The translations under genes and the position numbers were made by a program. Shown here piece after piece: positions 41,736 to 52,124 of a DNA stretch of 64,000 nucleotides (positions within the stretch are counted from its first letter, which is position 1; every line of letters begins with the position of its first letter). This DNA is from a virus (Duplodnaviria > Caudoviricetes), in the IMG/VR virus record IMGVR_UViG_3300009671_000010, positions 32,001-96,000 of that record; one strand, written 5' to 3'. Under the pieces are notes generated by a model, which ran no database searches, was not told where the DNA came from, and saw nothing but the letters and a program-made list of their open reading frames with translations.

Positions 41736-44641
41736 ATAGTAAGTTATTATTTGGATATAAAACATCTGTTGGAACATACAGAGATTCTAGGTCTCTAATA
41801 TATTCATTACGACATGAAACAGACTACAGTGGTACAAAGGTAGTTATAGATGTATATGAAGATAATGGTAGAACATTTAATAAAGTAAGTACAATTGAAC
41901 CAGTTATTCCATATAGAGTTATGTTAGCAGATTATAATTTATTACATAATGATCCAAGTTTTTTGATAAATCAACCTATTGATTCAAGTAATAATTTAAT
42001 ATTCAATAGTGGATGTGCTGTAGTAGATGGAAAAATATATTCTACAATATGTTCTAGTAATTCACAGCCTTACTTTGAATTCAGTTTTACTAGATCTGGA
42101 CTACAGAACTTATTAAATAAACAAATTATTATTGAAAAAAAATCTAATGGTTCTGAAAATAAAAAACAATTTACGTCTATAAAAGCATATGATTTAAATC
42201 CAAGGTTAGGTATCAGAAAATCAGATACACTTGATATACTCGTGCTTTCCTGTGTCACAAGAATTAATATAAGAAATGATAATGGTATAGATTATGATTA
42301 TTGTATACCAGTATGTCTAGTGTTTAAAATTGATATATCTTCAATTCCTTCAGGTATTCTTAAGCCCAATGTTTTTTTTCCAGGTGTATCTAATTATAGG
42401 CTTATTAATAATAATTCTGGAAACTATTATATTAATTATAATATTATACCTAAATACACTAATGGTTATTGGTATAGTGTAGATAAGTATAATAGTTGCG
42501 ATTGTGATATATATGTTGATGAAAATATTGCACTTTTTACTAGTTACTACTTATTTAAATTTACAACAATAATGGCAATAGCTACACAAAAAACAAGAAA
42601 AATTCAAACTAATTTATTTAATATAAATCTTACATATTCTGATCAATATTCTGTTGGTACAAAAAATGATGTAATATCTGTATCATATAAAGATGAAAAT
42701 GATTCATATATACCAACTAAAATTTCTGTTGTAAATTATAATAATATCACGTATTTAGCATCCACTATTTTATCAAAGAATAAATATTTATCATATATTT
42801 ATTCTATTAGCAATAATAATATATCATCAAGTATACAAAATGATACTCTAAACATAGAGCTTAATAGAGTCGATAATAATATATATGCATCATATTTTTC
42901 ACATATTGATGGATTTTATGTTGGAAATTTTGTTGATATAATAGCAAAAAAAAATTACTGTAGATTTTATTTAAAAGAAGAAACAACTCAATATAAATAT
43001 AATAATATACAAATAAAAAATGTAGCTATAGATAAATCTAGAATGGATATATCTACTTTAGAAAAATACTTATTGCCAGTAATAAATAATGCTATATATG
43101 AACAATCTGCTTATATGTATGTAAAAGATTATATGATGTTTCATTCTCAGAATTACGGATATATATCTTCAAGAAAGTATTTAATAACTGAAAATACATT
43201 TCCCATAAAACTTGTTGATCTGCCAGATGACTATGTATGTACTGCAAATATTAGAAATAATCAATTATATTTTGTATATGATAATATACCGTTATCTATT
43301 AACTCAGATATGTCTATTAAATGGTCTTTATCTGGACTATATAACATAGATAATAAAGATATATCATATATAAATTTTTATATACCTAATAATAGTGGAA
43401 TATTTAAAGGTGATATTAATAAAGATAAAACAGTTTATTTTGATTATTCTAAAACTAATATTAATTTAACACAGTTTATATATGGAGCTAATGATTTATC
43501 ATATTGGGCAAAATTTAGCAGTCTGCAAAAATCCAATAGACCCACTGCAAGATTTTATCTTACATATAATGATGGAATAGAGAGAAGTATATTAGCTAGT
43601 GGTATAGAAACAAATGTAATCGCCAGTAATTATGATACTAATGGTATATTTGATTTGGATATATTTACATCTATTGATACATCAAATTTATATGATGGTA
43701 ATGGATACTCTTTTAATGATATTGGCTTCAGTTTAGATAATGTTAATTGGAAATTAGAAATATATGACTGTTTTGAAAATCTTTTAACATCAAATAGTGG
43801 CGTTATATCACTATCTTTACCTACTTTTAGTGGAAGTATATTATCTTCTGTTACTAAAACAGTATCCGATGAGCTATTATATAATTGGAATAGAACTGAA
43901 TATGCACAACTGAAAAATGTAATTGTAACAGTAGATGGTGATAATTCAACAAAATTTAGTTTATCACCAATATTAAATGTAAATGATGGTTATTCTGGAG
44001 TATATAACATTCCCATTATATCTTATAGTAAAGGTTCTACTGTGGAAATATCATCTAATATATATCTACATGGAACAAATATGTTTTATAAATATATATC
44101 TAATAAAGTTACATATTGTAAAAATCATAAGTATATTATTCAATCAGTAAGTATATATAATGATCTTGTCGATATAACTAATAAATTGGGATCATATAAT
44201 AGATTAAAGATTTATAAACCAGGTGAATCCAATACTGCATTAAGTTGTACATTTTCTATAATTCCAGAATCATGGTCATCCAACTCATATCCATATATAA
44301 AGAATATATTTTTATGTGCAGTTGATTCAGATTCTATAGATTTAAATGATAAGGAAATAATTAATCAATATTATGATCCGAATATTTCTTATGTTAACAC
44401 GACCTATCCTAACTGTAACTCATCATTTGGAAGTTTGATAATAAATAATTCTATTGTTAATACATCTATTGATGTTCTTAACCAAAATAAATATGAACTC
44501 AATAATCAAACTTTGGAAGTAGAACTTACAGCAAATGGTGAATATACCTTATATTTAATTATACAAGATGAATTTGATCAATACTCATCTTACTGTCTTA
44601 ATAATATTAATGACTATTTTCATATTCCATTTGGTGGTTAA
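41732..44641 (+). CDS. Large hypothetical virion protein
   Basis: 969-aa beta-rich ORF in structural operon. Confidence 0.55.
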   Translation: MNSKLLFGYKTSVGTYRDSRSLIYSLRHETDYSGTKVVIDVYEDNGRTFNKVSTIEPVIPYRVMLADYNLLHNDPSFLINQPIDSSNNLIFNSGCAVVDGKIYSTICSSNSQPYFEFSFTRSGLQNLLNKQIIIEKKSNGSENKKQFTSIKAYDLNPRLGIRKSDTLDILVLSCVTRINIRNDNGIDYDYCIPVCLVFKIDISSIPSGILKPNVFFPGVSNYRLINNNSGNYYINYNIIPKYTNGYWYSVDKYNSCDCDIYVDENIALFTSYYLFKFTTIMAIATQKTRKIQTNLFNINLTYSDQYSVGTKNDVISVSYKDENDSYIPTKISVVNYNNITYLASTILSKNKYLSYIYSISNNNISSSIQNDTLNIELNRVDNNIYASYFSHIDGFYVGNFVDIIAKKNYCRFYLKEETTQYKYNNIQIKNVAIDKSRMDISTLEKYLLPVINNAIYEQSAYMYVKDYMMFHSQNYGYISSRKYLITENTFPIKLVDLPDDYVCTANIRNNQLYFVYDNIPLSINSDMSIKWSLSGLYNIDNKDISYINFYIPNNSGIFKGDINKDKTVYFDYSKTNINLTQFIYGANDLSYWAKFSSLQKSNRPTARFYLTYNDGIERSILASGIETNVIASNYDTNGIFDLDIFTSIDTSNLYDGNGYSFNDIGFSLDNVNWKLEIYDCFENLLTSNSGVISLSLPTFSGSILSSVTKTVSDELLYNWNRTEYAQLKNVIVTVDGDNSTKFSLSPILNVNDGYSGVYNIPIISYSKGSTVEISSNIYLHGTNMFYKYISNKVTYCKNHKYIIQSVSIYNDLVDITNKLGSYNRLKIYKPGESNTALSCTFSIIPESWSSNSYPYIKNIFLCAVDSDSIDLNDKEIINQYYDPNISYVNTTYPNCNSSFGSLIINNSIVNTSIDVLNQNKYELNNQTLEVELTANGEYTLYLIIQDEFDQYSSYCLNNINDYFHIPFGG

Positions 44642-44643
44642 AA

Positions 44644-45993
44644 TTGAACGACATAATAATATCATTTGATAGTCCTTCTAATAATAATTTTTCATTACAA
44701 CCATATAATATTAATGATGATAATATATATTTTAAAATTATTCCAACATCTACTCCAAGTCTACTTGCAGGTGAGAGACTGAGATTTGCTGCCATACCTA
44801 AAGACACAACTTTAACTAGTGGTGATATCTTTTCATATCTTAGTGAATCTAAAATAAATGATATATCCAGTAGTGGAATATTTATATATGAATATACATC
44901 TAATGATACATCTAATTTGTTTCCAGAATGTTTAATTAAAATATATGATAATACTTTTGAAAATACACAGTATGATTTATATTGGACCAGTTTATATAAT
45001 GGTTTAGAATCAACATATATTAATAACAATAGTGTATATTCAAATATCAGAAATATAAGATCAGATGATGTTATAATAACTAGTACTATAAATACAGATT
45101 ATATAGATTATAATATTAAATACAATGAAATTAATAATGATGATTTGGATTACGGAGAATATGGACCTTATGTATTAAAAGTAACATATCATCCATACAA
45201 TATAACAAGTCCTAATATAAGTGGTTATCTGGACTCTTCTGAATTTATTTTTGAAAAAATAGAATATTATTATGATGATATTGCTACTGTAAGTGGAATA
45301 AATATAGCATTGCCATATTATTTTGATGATAGTAATATACCAGCTGTATATAGATTTGAAATGGCATATAGAAGTTTAAATGGAAATAACTCAAATATAA
45401 TATCTAGTACTATGGATCATAGAATATATGATTCTATTCCATCTCAACAATTATCTTCTATTAAAAATATAAATACTGATTATGTTATAAAAAGTGGAGA
45501 TATAAAAATACCAAAAGAAGTTAATCCATATAGAAAAAGATTATCTATTGGCATACAGGACATAGCTATTAACAAAAACATATATAATAAAACTGGAACT
45601 TATATCTCTAAACAAAAAATACTACCATATTATATGTATACATTTTCTCTTGAAGTAAATGAATATATACCAGATTATAAAGACATTAACAAATATGACA
45701 CAGTTAAATATTACATCTCATTTAATGATAATAAATGGATTCGTATTTCACCAATTAATAGAGTAAATGAATATGAAAACGAACAGTTAATTCCAAAATT
45801 AATAGTATTTGATAAAGAGATAGATAATAATAATAAATCAGTTTTATATATACCAGAATCAATTAATAACTCATATATATATAAAGTGGTGTTTGATTTA
45901 TCATCTATGGATGATATTTTTGTACCACCTGAAATAAGAGAAATTAAGTGTAATGTATCAGATAGAAATATAATTTTAAATAGTGGAGTATAA
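44644..45993 (+). CDS. Putative virion structural protein
   Basis: TTG start after GGTGG RBS; C-terminal SIGIQDI...YISK...VKYYISFNDNKWIRISPINR. Confidence 0.55.
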   Translation: MNDIIISFDSPSNNNFSLQPYNINDDNIYFKIIPTSTPSLLAGERLRFAAIPKDTTLTSGDIFSYLSESKINDISSSGIFIYEYTSNDTSNLFPECLIKIYDNTFENTQYDLYWTSLYNGLESTYINNNSVYSNIRNIRSDDVIITSTINTDYIDYNIKYNEINNDDLDYGEYGPYVLKVTYHPYNITSPNISGYLDSSEFIFEKIEYYYDDIATVSGINIALPYYFDDSNIPAVYRFEMAYRSLNGNNSNIISSTMDHRIYDSIPSQQLSSIKNINTDYVIKSGDIKIPKEVNPYRKRLSIGIQDIAINKNIYNKTGTYISKQKILPYYMYTFSLEVNEYIPDYKDINKYDTVKYYISFNDNKWIRISPINRVNEYENEQLIPKLIVFDKEIDNNNKSVLYIPESINNSYIYKVVFDLSSMDDIFVPPEIREIKCNVSDRNIILNSGV

Positions 45994-48900
45994 ATGAATT
46001 ATAAATTTAATAATATTGTTAAAAAAATATTTGATAATTTCATTCATGGGGAATATGGTAAACCAGTTATTCCTACCAAAAATGATATAATGAAAAAAAT
46101 AAAAGAATATACATCTAATGAATATACTCCAATTTTAAACAATAATAAATTAACTGATTTATCATATAAAAATATATCAACAAAATTTGAAGATATTATT
46201 GATGATATTGATGTTTTATATTCATCAATACAAGATGAATCAAATGATATTTTAGATCAACTTACTAACTCATTAAAAGAATATAATGGGGTTAACAGAG
46301 AGATCAATAGAATAAAATCAAATATAAATGATATTAATAATAACAACTACAGAAAATCACTCCATAGTATATCATTCACTGAATCATTTAATTCATTAGA
46401 AAATATAGATACATCAAGAAGTAATATAGTTGATATTAATGCAGGTATATTTACCATTCAATCAAATAAAAATAACATTGTACCTTTAAATCATTATATT
46501 GGAAAGAGACTTGATTTTAATATATATGATAATTATTCAGAAGTATTATCCAATGGTTTTGTTGGTGATCCAGATGTATCAAATATATTGGATAATAATG
46601 ATTCTAATCAAATATTATATAAAATCAAAACTAAACAACCATCTAGTTTAAAAGCAGCTACTACTATACAACTACATCCTAATGGTGATATGATTAATAT
46701 TAATAAAGTGTCTATAGAAACCGATTCTACAGTTGGTAACGGATCAATATGTTTATATTATATGGATAAGTATACATGGAAAATTATTCCAAATTTTGCT
46801 ATCAAAAATATAGATAAAAATGTTATAATCTATAATTTTTCTGAAATATCTTGTACACATATTAAAATAGAATTTATTAAATATATTCCTGATAATTCTG
46901 AAACTAATGAATATTATATATTATTAAAAAATATATCAATAGGCAAAGTCAATAATGAAAGCAGTGCTGTAGTTGTATCTAAACCTATAAATATTAATAC
47001 TACATCTATTGATAATCTTTCATATAATATAGATAGCGATGTACCAAATGGTTGTAACATAAAAGTATACGTTACTAGTGATATTAAAATTAATGGTTCA
47101 TTTAGAGATAATCTAGGTTCACTTACAAGTTCTAACTCTAATAACATATCATCATTTGATTTTAATGCACCAGGATATGTATATCTTAGTGACATAAAAA
47201 ATGCTGCTCAGTATGTATCTGGTTTATATTCATATATTTCATCTGATTATTTGTGGAAAGAAATAACATCAGATAATACATCTAATACTCCTAATAAAAT
47301 TTATTTTAATAATACCAATAGCAGTGATAAAAATATTAATTCATTACATTGTTTAAAATATGAAACATATTGGGGTGACAACAGTTTTTCTGGGGTGTAC
47401 AGTGATTGGATTATAAGTGGATGGTGTAATGAAAGTAATCCATATTGGTATTATTTAGAACCTATGGTTAGTAGTGGAATATTTATTTATGGTGATACAA
47501 TTACTCATAATATATCTGGTGAGCTTATTACGTGGATAGAAGATAGTGAAGGTAATATTAATCCAGAAGTAACAACACATCCTTCATATTCTGGTCAATG
47601 GTTGGGCAATGGCAAAGGATATCCATATAACTATGCAAGTGGTTCATTATTATATGGAACATCAATAACTGGTGTTTATGGATGGTGGAGACCATATTCT
47701 TATGCAGTTACTCCATCTGGAATAGATGAATATCATGATCTTGATAGAGATGGATATCTTGATCAAGGATTTTGTAATACAATGCCTGATTTTGTTTTTA
47801 ATAATAATAATTATTATAAAATTTATTGTTTTGGACATGATACATCAATAATTTCATCGAGTGTTAAATTATATAATTATCAATCTATATCAGAAATCAA
47901 ATCAAAATATGATAATATTAATAATAAATTTGTATGGGAATATAATAATAATTGGACAATTTTAAATAAAACAACAACTATTACCTATAGTTCAGATAAT
48001 ACTGTATGGTCGGGATATAAATTTAAATTTAATATTGGAATGAAAGATTGTGAATTTGTTGATGATCCAATAGTAGAAATAAGAAAATCTGGTACTAATG
48101 TTATATTGCAAAAATCAGAATATACTGTTAGTTTTGGAAAAACTGAATTAGAAATTAATTTCTTAAGACTTTCTAACAGACTGGAAGCAAATACCGCCAG
48201 TTTTGATATTACCTATAGATATAAATTATTTAACACATATAGTTCATCATGGACTGGATTCTTAATAGTATCACCTAATATTGATAAACCATCTATTACA
48301 ATTAATAATTTTAAAATTTACAATACTGATATAAATGGTATTGGAAAAATTGAATTAATTAATGTAGACACAAATGAAAAAATAATATATAATGAACAAA
48401 ATAAATTTGATATATTACTTCAAAATATATCAAAAAATTCTAATACTCATTTTAAAATTAAAATTTTTTGTGCATCAAATACAACAACTGGATTTACAGC
48501 ATTAAAAAATTCATACGAACCATGGATACCAATAGTAGCAAATGATAATATCAGTATTTCAGATGGTATTAAAATTGTACCTAAACTATCATCAATAGAT
48601 ATAGTTGATTTTGCTACATTACTATATGATACAACAACTGGAGAAAATGCATCTATTGTTACAGAAGAAGATGGATATAAATATCTTGTAGTTAAAGAAC
48701 CTTCTAAAGACTATTTTCCTGGATACTATTATGATAGTGATTTACAAGAATATAAAAGGTATATAGAATATAATGTAAATAATGGTCATTTTATTAGAAT
48801 GGCATATGATTCATCTGGTAACTTACATAGATATACAACAGGATCATCAGGAAATTATGTTTATAACATAGATAACACGATAGATAGTAATTGGAATAAT

Positions 48901-49374
48901 GGAAGTATTTTAAAAGGATATGAAAATTCTAATAATGATTTATACTATAGACATCATTCTACTATCGGTTATCCTTTAAATTTAGAAAAAGATAGTATAA
49001 TACAAATACAGAAAACATTATTTAAAGGTGATATAGATCCATGTCCATCTGGTGAATATTGGGATGCAAAGATAGTAGGATCTAGTAGATGGTTAGAATG
49101 GACATTACTTGAAAATGAACAAAAGTTAGAACGAAATATGTCATGGCAAAGAACTAACAGTGTTTATATAAATGAAGTAGTTCCTAATAGAGGATTTTTG
49201 TTTTATAATACAGCAGAAAATCTTCCTTTATATTACAGTATTTCCTATCTAACATCAATTGAAAGTAATGAATCTAATAACTCATTTCTTTATAAGATTG
49301 AATTAAATGGGAACCCGTCTGATAATAATGTACCTGTTATTAGATCTATTAATTTTATAATAAATGGAGAATAA
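45994..49374 (+). CDS. Large putative virion structural protein (paralog family)
   Basis: 1126 aa; KFEDIIDDIDVLY then FTESF...VDINAGIFTI; C-terminal PVIRS. Confidence 0.55.
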   Translation: MNYKFNNIVKKIFDNFIHGEYGKPVIPTKNDIMKKIKEYTSNEYTPILNNNKLTDLSYKNISTKFEDIIDDIDVLYSSIQDESNDILDQLTNSLKEYNGVNREINRIKSNINDINNNNYRKSLHSISFTESFNSLENIDTSRSNIVDINAGIFTIQSNKNNIVPLNHYIGKRLDFNIYDNYSEVLSNGFVGDPDVSNILDNNDSNQILYKIKTKQPSSLKAATTIQLHPNGDMININKVSIETDSTVGNGSICLYYMDKYTWKIIPNFAIKNIDKNVIIYNFSEISCTHIKIEFIKYIPDNSETNEYYILLKNISIGKVNNESSAVVVSKPININTTSIDNLSYNIDSDVPNGCNIKVYVTSDIKINGSFRDNLGSLTSSNSNNISSFDFNAPGYVYLSDIKNAAQYVSGLYSYISSDYLWKEITSDNTSNTPNKIYFNNTNSSDKNINSLHCLKYETYWGDNSFSGVYSDWIISGWCNESNPYWYYLEPMVSSGIFIYGDTITHNISGELITWIEDSEGNINPEVTTHPSYSGQWLGNGKGYPYNYASGSLLYGTSITGVYGWWRPYSYAVTPSGIDEYHDLDRDGYLDQGFCNTMPDFVFNNNNYYKIYCFGHDTSIISSSVKLYNYQSISEIKSKYDNINNKFVWEYNNNWTILNKTTTITYSSDNTVWSGYKFKFNIGMKDCEFVDDPIVEIRKSGTNVILQKSEYTVSFGKTELEINFLRLSNRLEANTASFDITYRYKLFNTYSSSWTGFLIVSPNIDKPSITINNFKIYNTDINGIGKIELINVDTNEKIIYNEQNKFDILLQNISKNSNTHFKIKIFCASNTTTGFTALKNSYEPWIPIVANDNISISDGIKIVPKLSSIDIVDFATLLYDTTTGENASIVTEEDGYKYLVVKEPSKDYFPGYYYDSDLQEYKRYIEYNVNNGHFIRMAYDSSGNLHRYTTGSSGNYVYNIDNTIDSNWNNGSILKGYENSNNDLYYRHHSTIGYPLNLEKDSIIQIQKTLFKGDIDPCPSGEYWDAKIVGSSRWLEWTLLENEQKLERNMSWQRTNSVYINEVVPNRGFLFYNTAENLPLYYSISYLTSIESNESNNSFLYKIELNGNPSDNNVPVIRSINFIINGE

Positions 49375-49602
49375 ATGAGAAGTATATATCCTGTATCATC
49401 ACAAGAAATAAACGATATATTATTATCACACTACGAGAATTTAATATATATACTTGGGTATAAAAATAATAATGTATTATATTCAGGAGTATACACTATA
49501 TTAGATAATGTTGTTAATAATACTACTATTGAAGATAAACAACAGTTAATTAATATTTTAAAATATGATTATATATATAAAAAGAATAGTAAAAGTATAT
49601 AG
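49375..49602 (+). CDS. Small hypothetical protein
   Basis: GGAG RBS; abuts neighbours. Confidence 0.55.
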   Translation: MRSIYPVSSQEINDILLSHYENLIYILGYKNNNVLYSGVYTILDNVVNNTTIEDKQQLINILKYDYIYKKNSKSI

Positions 49603-49616
49603 ATTTGGAGAAAATA

Positions 49617-50750
49617 ATGTCTGATTTAGTTGCATATCCAATAATAGAACAATTAGAATATCGACAAAATATTGATTCAAAACAATTGAATAGAATGTTT
49701 AAATCATTAGAAGAATCAGTACTACGTTGTATACTAAGAAGTTCTGAGTTAAATGAAAAATTTGACTCATTAAGCCTTGGGGTAAATTCATCATATCAAG
49801 CATTATCACAATATATGGTACAGATGGGTTATAAAAATATTACAGATTTATATGCTACGTCATTTGATAATATAAATATTATAAGTGGTATTAATCAGAA
49901 TAAACTTGCTGGAATAATTACACTTGATTGGGATAAGAATAAAAAATATTCAAAAATTCCAAGATATGATGCTGATAATGATGGTATAAGTGAAACTGTA
50001 TCCCCAAATGTAACAATACTAGTTGATGGTGTTGAGAGAGAAAAAGAAGATAGTGTATATAATATATTATCAAAGAAAAAAAATAGTTTTTGGATTGAAC
50101 AAATTGCTGATAATCAAACAGATATCACTCATACATTAGAAATACAATTACCGCCATCTATTAATAAAAGTTTAAATTATATTGAAATAGTACCATTTCC
50201 AATATTTGGAATACATATAAATAAAGTAGAATATTTTGATATATATTCACAACTACAGACTATATATGATAGTACTGCTAAGAACTATAAATTTTATAAT
50301 AGCAGCGGTCCAATGATATTTCACTTTAGTCCAAAGGATTATAATAATACAATTAAAATAACATATTCAGTAGATAGTTCTTTAGGTGTAATGGGTTTTT
50401 CTAATATTGATATATCGTTAATTGATTATATAGATACACCAAATAAAGTAGATTTAATATATGAAAATATTCCAGAAGGAACAACCTCATTAAATATATC
50501 TACGTTCGATTTAGATATATATGTTGATGATGATAATATTAGCAAGTATGTTACTAGTGTCAGACTGGTTGATCTTGATGATAGAGATAGTTCATCTCAT
50601 TATATATTACTTGATAATAAAACAATATCTCAACAGGTTAATGAAACTATATCGCTAACTAATGGTAGGATGGGTCTAGAAATTACTTTCCAAGAAAACT
50701 TTATGACTACTCCAGTTATAAGAGGATCAAAAATTACATATGGAGCTTAA
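49617..50750 (+). CDS. Putative virion structural protein
   Basis: ATG 49617 follows GGAG RBS (ORF track start 49605); IDSKQLNRMFKSLEES resembles the paralog-family N-terminus; C-terminal TPVIRG. Confidence 0.55.
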   Translation: MSDLVAYPIIEQLEYRQNIDSKQLNRMFKSLEESVLRCILRSSELNEKFDSLSLGVNSSYQALSQYMVQMGYKNITDLYATSFDNINIISGINQNKLAGIITLDWDKNKKYSKIPRYDADNDGISETVSPNVTILVDGVEREKEDSVYNILSKKKNSFWIEQIADNQTDITHTLEIQLPPSINKSLNYIEIVPFPIFGIHINKVEYFDIYSQLQTIYDSTAKNYKFYNSSGPMIFHFSPKDYNNTIKITYSVDSSLGVMGFSNIDISLIDYIDTPNKVDLIYENIPEGTTSLNISTFDLDIYVDDDNISKYVTSVRLVDLDDRDSSSHYILLDNKTISQQVNETISLTNGRMGLEITFQENFMTTPVIRGSKITYGA

Positions 50751-50751
50751 A

Positions 50752-51093
50752 ATGAGTGCAGTTATATTAAATAAAATTAATGTTTTAGAAAAGAATGTAT
50801 CTGATATAAACGTAGCTATTAATAAAATAATAAGTTTATTAAATAGCTACGTCAAAACATCAGACCTAGTTAAATCAGAAAATAGTTTACTTGATGATAT
50901 TAAAGATTTAAAAACATCAATATCAAAATTAGAAAATAAACTATCAATGATTGTGTTACCAAATGATACTAAATATTATCTTAAACAAGATGAAATTCAA
51001 AATTTTAGAAACACAGTTCAACAGATAACAGCAATGATGACATCGATGGAACAGTTATATACTAATGTGGTAGCATATACAGCAAGTAAATAA
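50752..51093 (+). CDS. Coiled-coil hypothetical protein, last gene of the structural operon
   Basis: Heptad pattern; ATG 50752 after GGAG (ORF track start 50740). Confidence 0.6.
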   Translation: MSAVILNKINVLEKNVSDINVAINKIISLLNSYVKTSDLVKSENSLLDDIKDLKTSISKLENKLSMIVLPNDTKYYLKQDEIQNFRNTVQQITAMMTSMEQLYTNVVAYTASK

Positions 51094-51119
51094 AGGTAGT
51101 TACTCTACCTTTATTTTTA
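51088..51119. terminator. Putative bidirectional intrinsic terminator between convergent operons
   Basis: Perfect 12-bp inverted repeat aaataaaggtag-ttact-ctacctttattt with T-rich tails on both strands. Confidence 0.65.
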
Positions 51120-51525
51120 TGTTGCTCTTCTTCTCTTCTACTTTTTTCTTGATTGAAACAATTAAAATTCCATCTTCCATTTTTGCAGAAGTTTTTGTAA
51201 AGTCGAAACGATCTTTATTCAATCTTATACATCTATGAATTTTTCTTTCATATTTGTCTACTCCTTCGATATTCAACATATTATCTTCATAGAAAATATT
51301 AACATTTTCCTTTTTAACTCCAGGAACTGCAAATTCAAAAATTATCTCTTTTTCATTTGAACTGGTTGCATATTTTTCATCATCATTTAATGATGGTTTA
51401 ATTTTATTGAATGTTTCTTTAACATTAGGTAAATTGTAGAGTTCATTGAAACCTCTTTGTAATGATACAAAGAAGTCTTCATCAGACAGTGAGTTTAGTA
51501 ATTGATTAAATAAATTTTTAGACAT
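51100..51525 (-). CDS. hsp20: Small heat-shock protein (Hsp20/alpha-crystallin)
   Basis: FAVPGVKKENVNI, AKMEDGILIVSIKK, C-terminal IKI motif; AAGGAGG RBS at 51531-51537. Confidence 0.92.
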   Translation of the reverse strand: MSKNLFNQLLNSLSDEDFFVSLQRGFNELYNLPNVKETFNKIKPSLNDDEKYATSSNEKEIIFEFAVPGVKKENVNIFYEDNMLNIEGVDKYERKIHRCIRLNKDRFDFTKTSAKMEDGILIVSIKKKVEEKKSNIKIKVE

Positions 51526-51552
51526 AAAGTCCTCCTTTTTGTTATGATAGTT

Positions 51553-51574
51553 TAACCTATACCATTATAGGTTA
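51553..51574. promoter_or_regulatory. Perfect 9-bp inverted repeat in the hsp20 leader
   Basis: taacctata-ccat-tataggtta; would form a 5' hairpin or operator just downstream of the predicted sigma54 start site. Confidence 0.5.
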
Positions 51575-51586
51575 TATAATGTTATA

Positions 51587-51603
51587 TGCAACTACTATGC
51601 CAA
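51587..51603 (-). promoter_or_regulatory. Sigma54 (RpoN) -24/-12 promoter for hsp20
   Basis: Minus strand reads TTGGCA-TAGTAG-TTGCA, with exact GG-N10-GC spacing. Confidence 0.72.
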
Positions 51604-51608
51604 TTTTG

Positions 51609-51621
51609 TAAGTTGTTGATT
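51609..51621 (-). promoter_or_regulatory. IHF-binding consensus upstream of the sigma54 promoter
   Basis: Minus strand AATCAA-CAAC-TTA matches WATCAANNNNTTR at about -33 to -45. Confidence 0.55.
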
Positions 51622-51640
51622 TTATTGAGTTTAATTTTTA

Positions 51641-51913
51641 TTACTGTATTTTTGTAATATAAATTGTTTTATTTTGAAGCATGTTAATAAACACTATGAT
51701 AAGTTTACCTAATATTTCATCATATTTATCTGGTATTATTAATAGTGTTTTGTCTAAGCGGTCTAATTGCATACCTTTAAGTGCAGAATCTACAATCATT
51801 AGATCTATTTTATCTAAATTAAAATTAGAAAGAATACGAAAAACATTATCTGAACTGATAAATATTTGCGCAATCTTTCTAATTAATTTTTTTAGTTCAT
51901 ATATATAGATCAT
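51641..51913 (-). CDS. Hypothetical protein (about 90 aa)
   Basis: ATG at 51913 overlaps the stop of the upstream gene (ATGA); the longer 51997 start would overlap another gene. Confidence 0.5.
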   Translation of the reverse strand: MIYIYELKKLIRKIAQIFISSDNVFRILSNFNLDKIDLMIVDSALKGMQLDRLDKTLLIIPDKYDEILGKLIIVFINMLQNKTIYITKIQ

Positions 51914-52110
51914 TCTTTTTTGTTGAATATACATTGTTTTATATCCACGACAATTCCATATTTTGCAATTGAAGCAAATGTAAGTAATGGTGAACATATT
52001 ATTGAATTAATACATTCAGCACATTTAGTTGGAATGAATTCATCAACATATTCAATTTCATCATTTGTTTTTGTTACAAGGCTATCTAATATACTTTTTT
52101 TGGATGTCAT
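51910..52110 (-). CDS. Small Cys-rich protein (CxxC...C...C)
   Basis: KCAECINSIICSP...KQCIF. Confidence 0.6.
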   Translation of the reverse strand: MTSKKSILDSLVTKTNDEIEYVDEFIPTKCAECINSIICSPLLTFASIAKYGIVVDIKQCIFNKKE

Positions 52111-52124
52111 GGTTATATTTTCTA

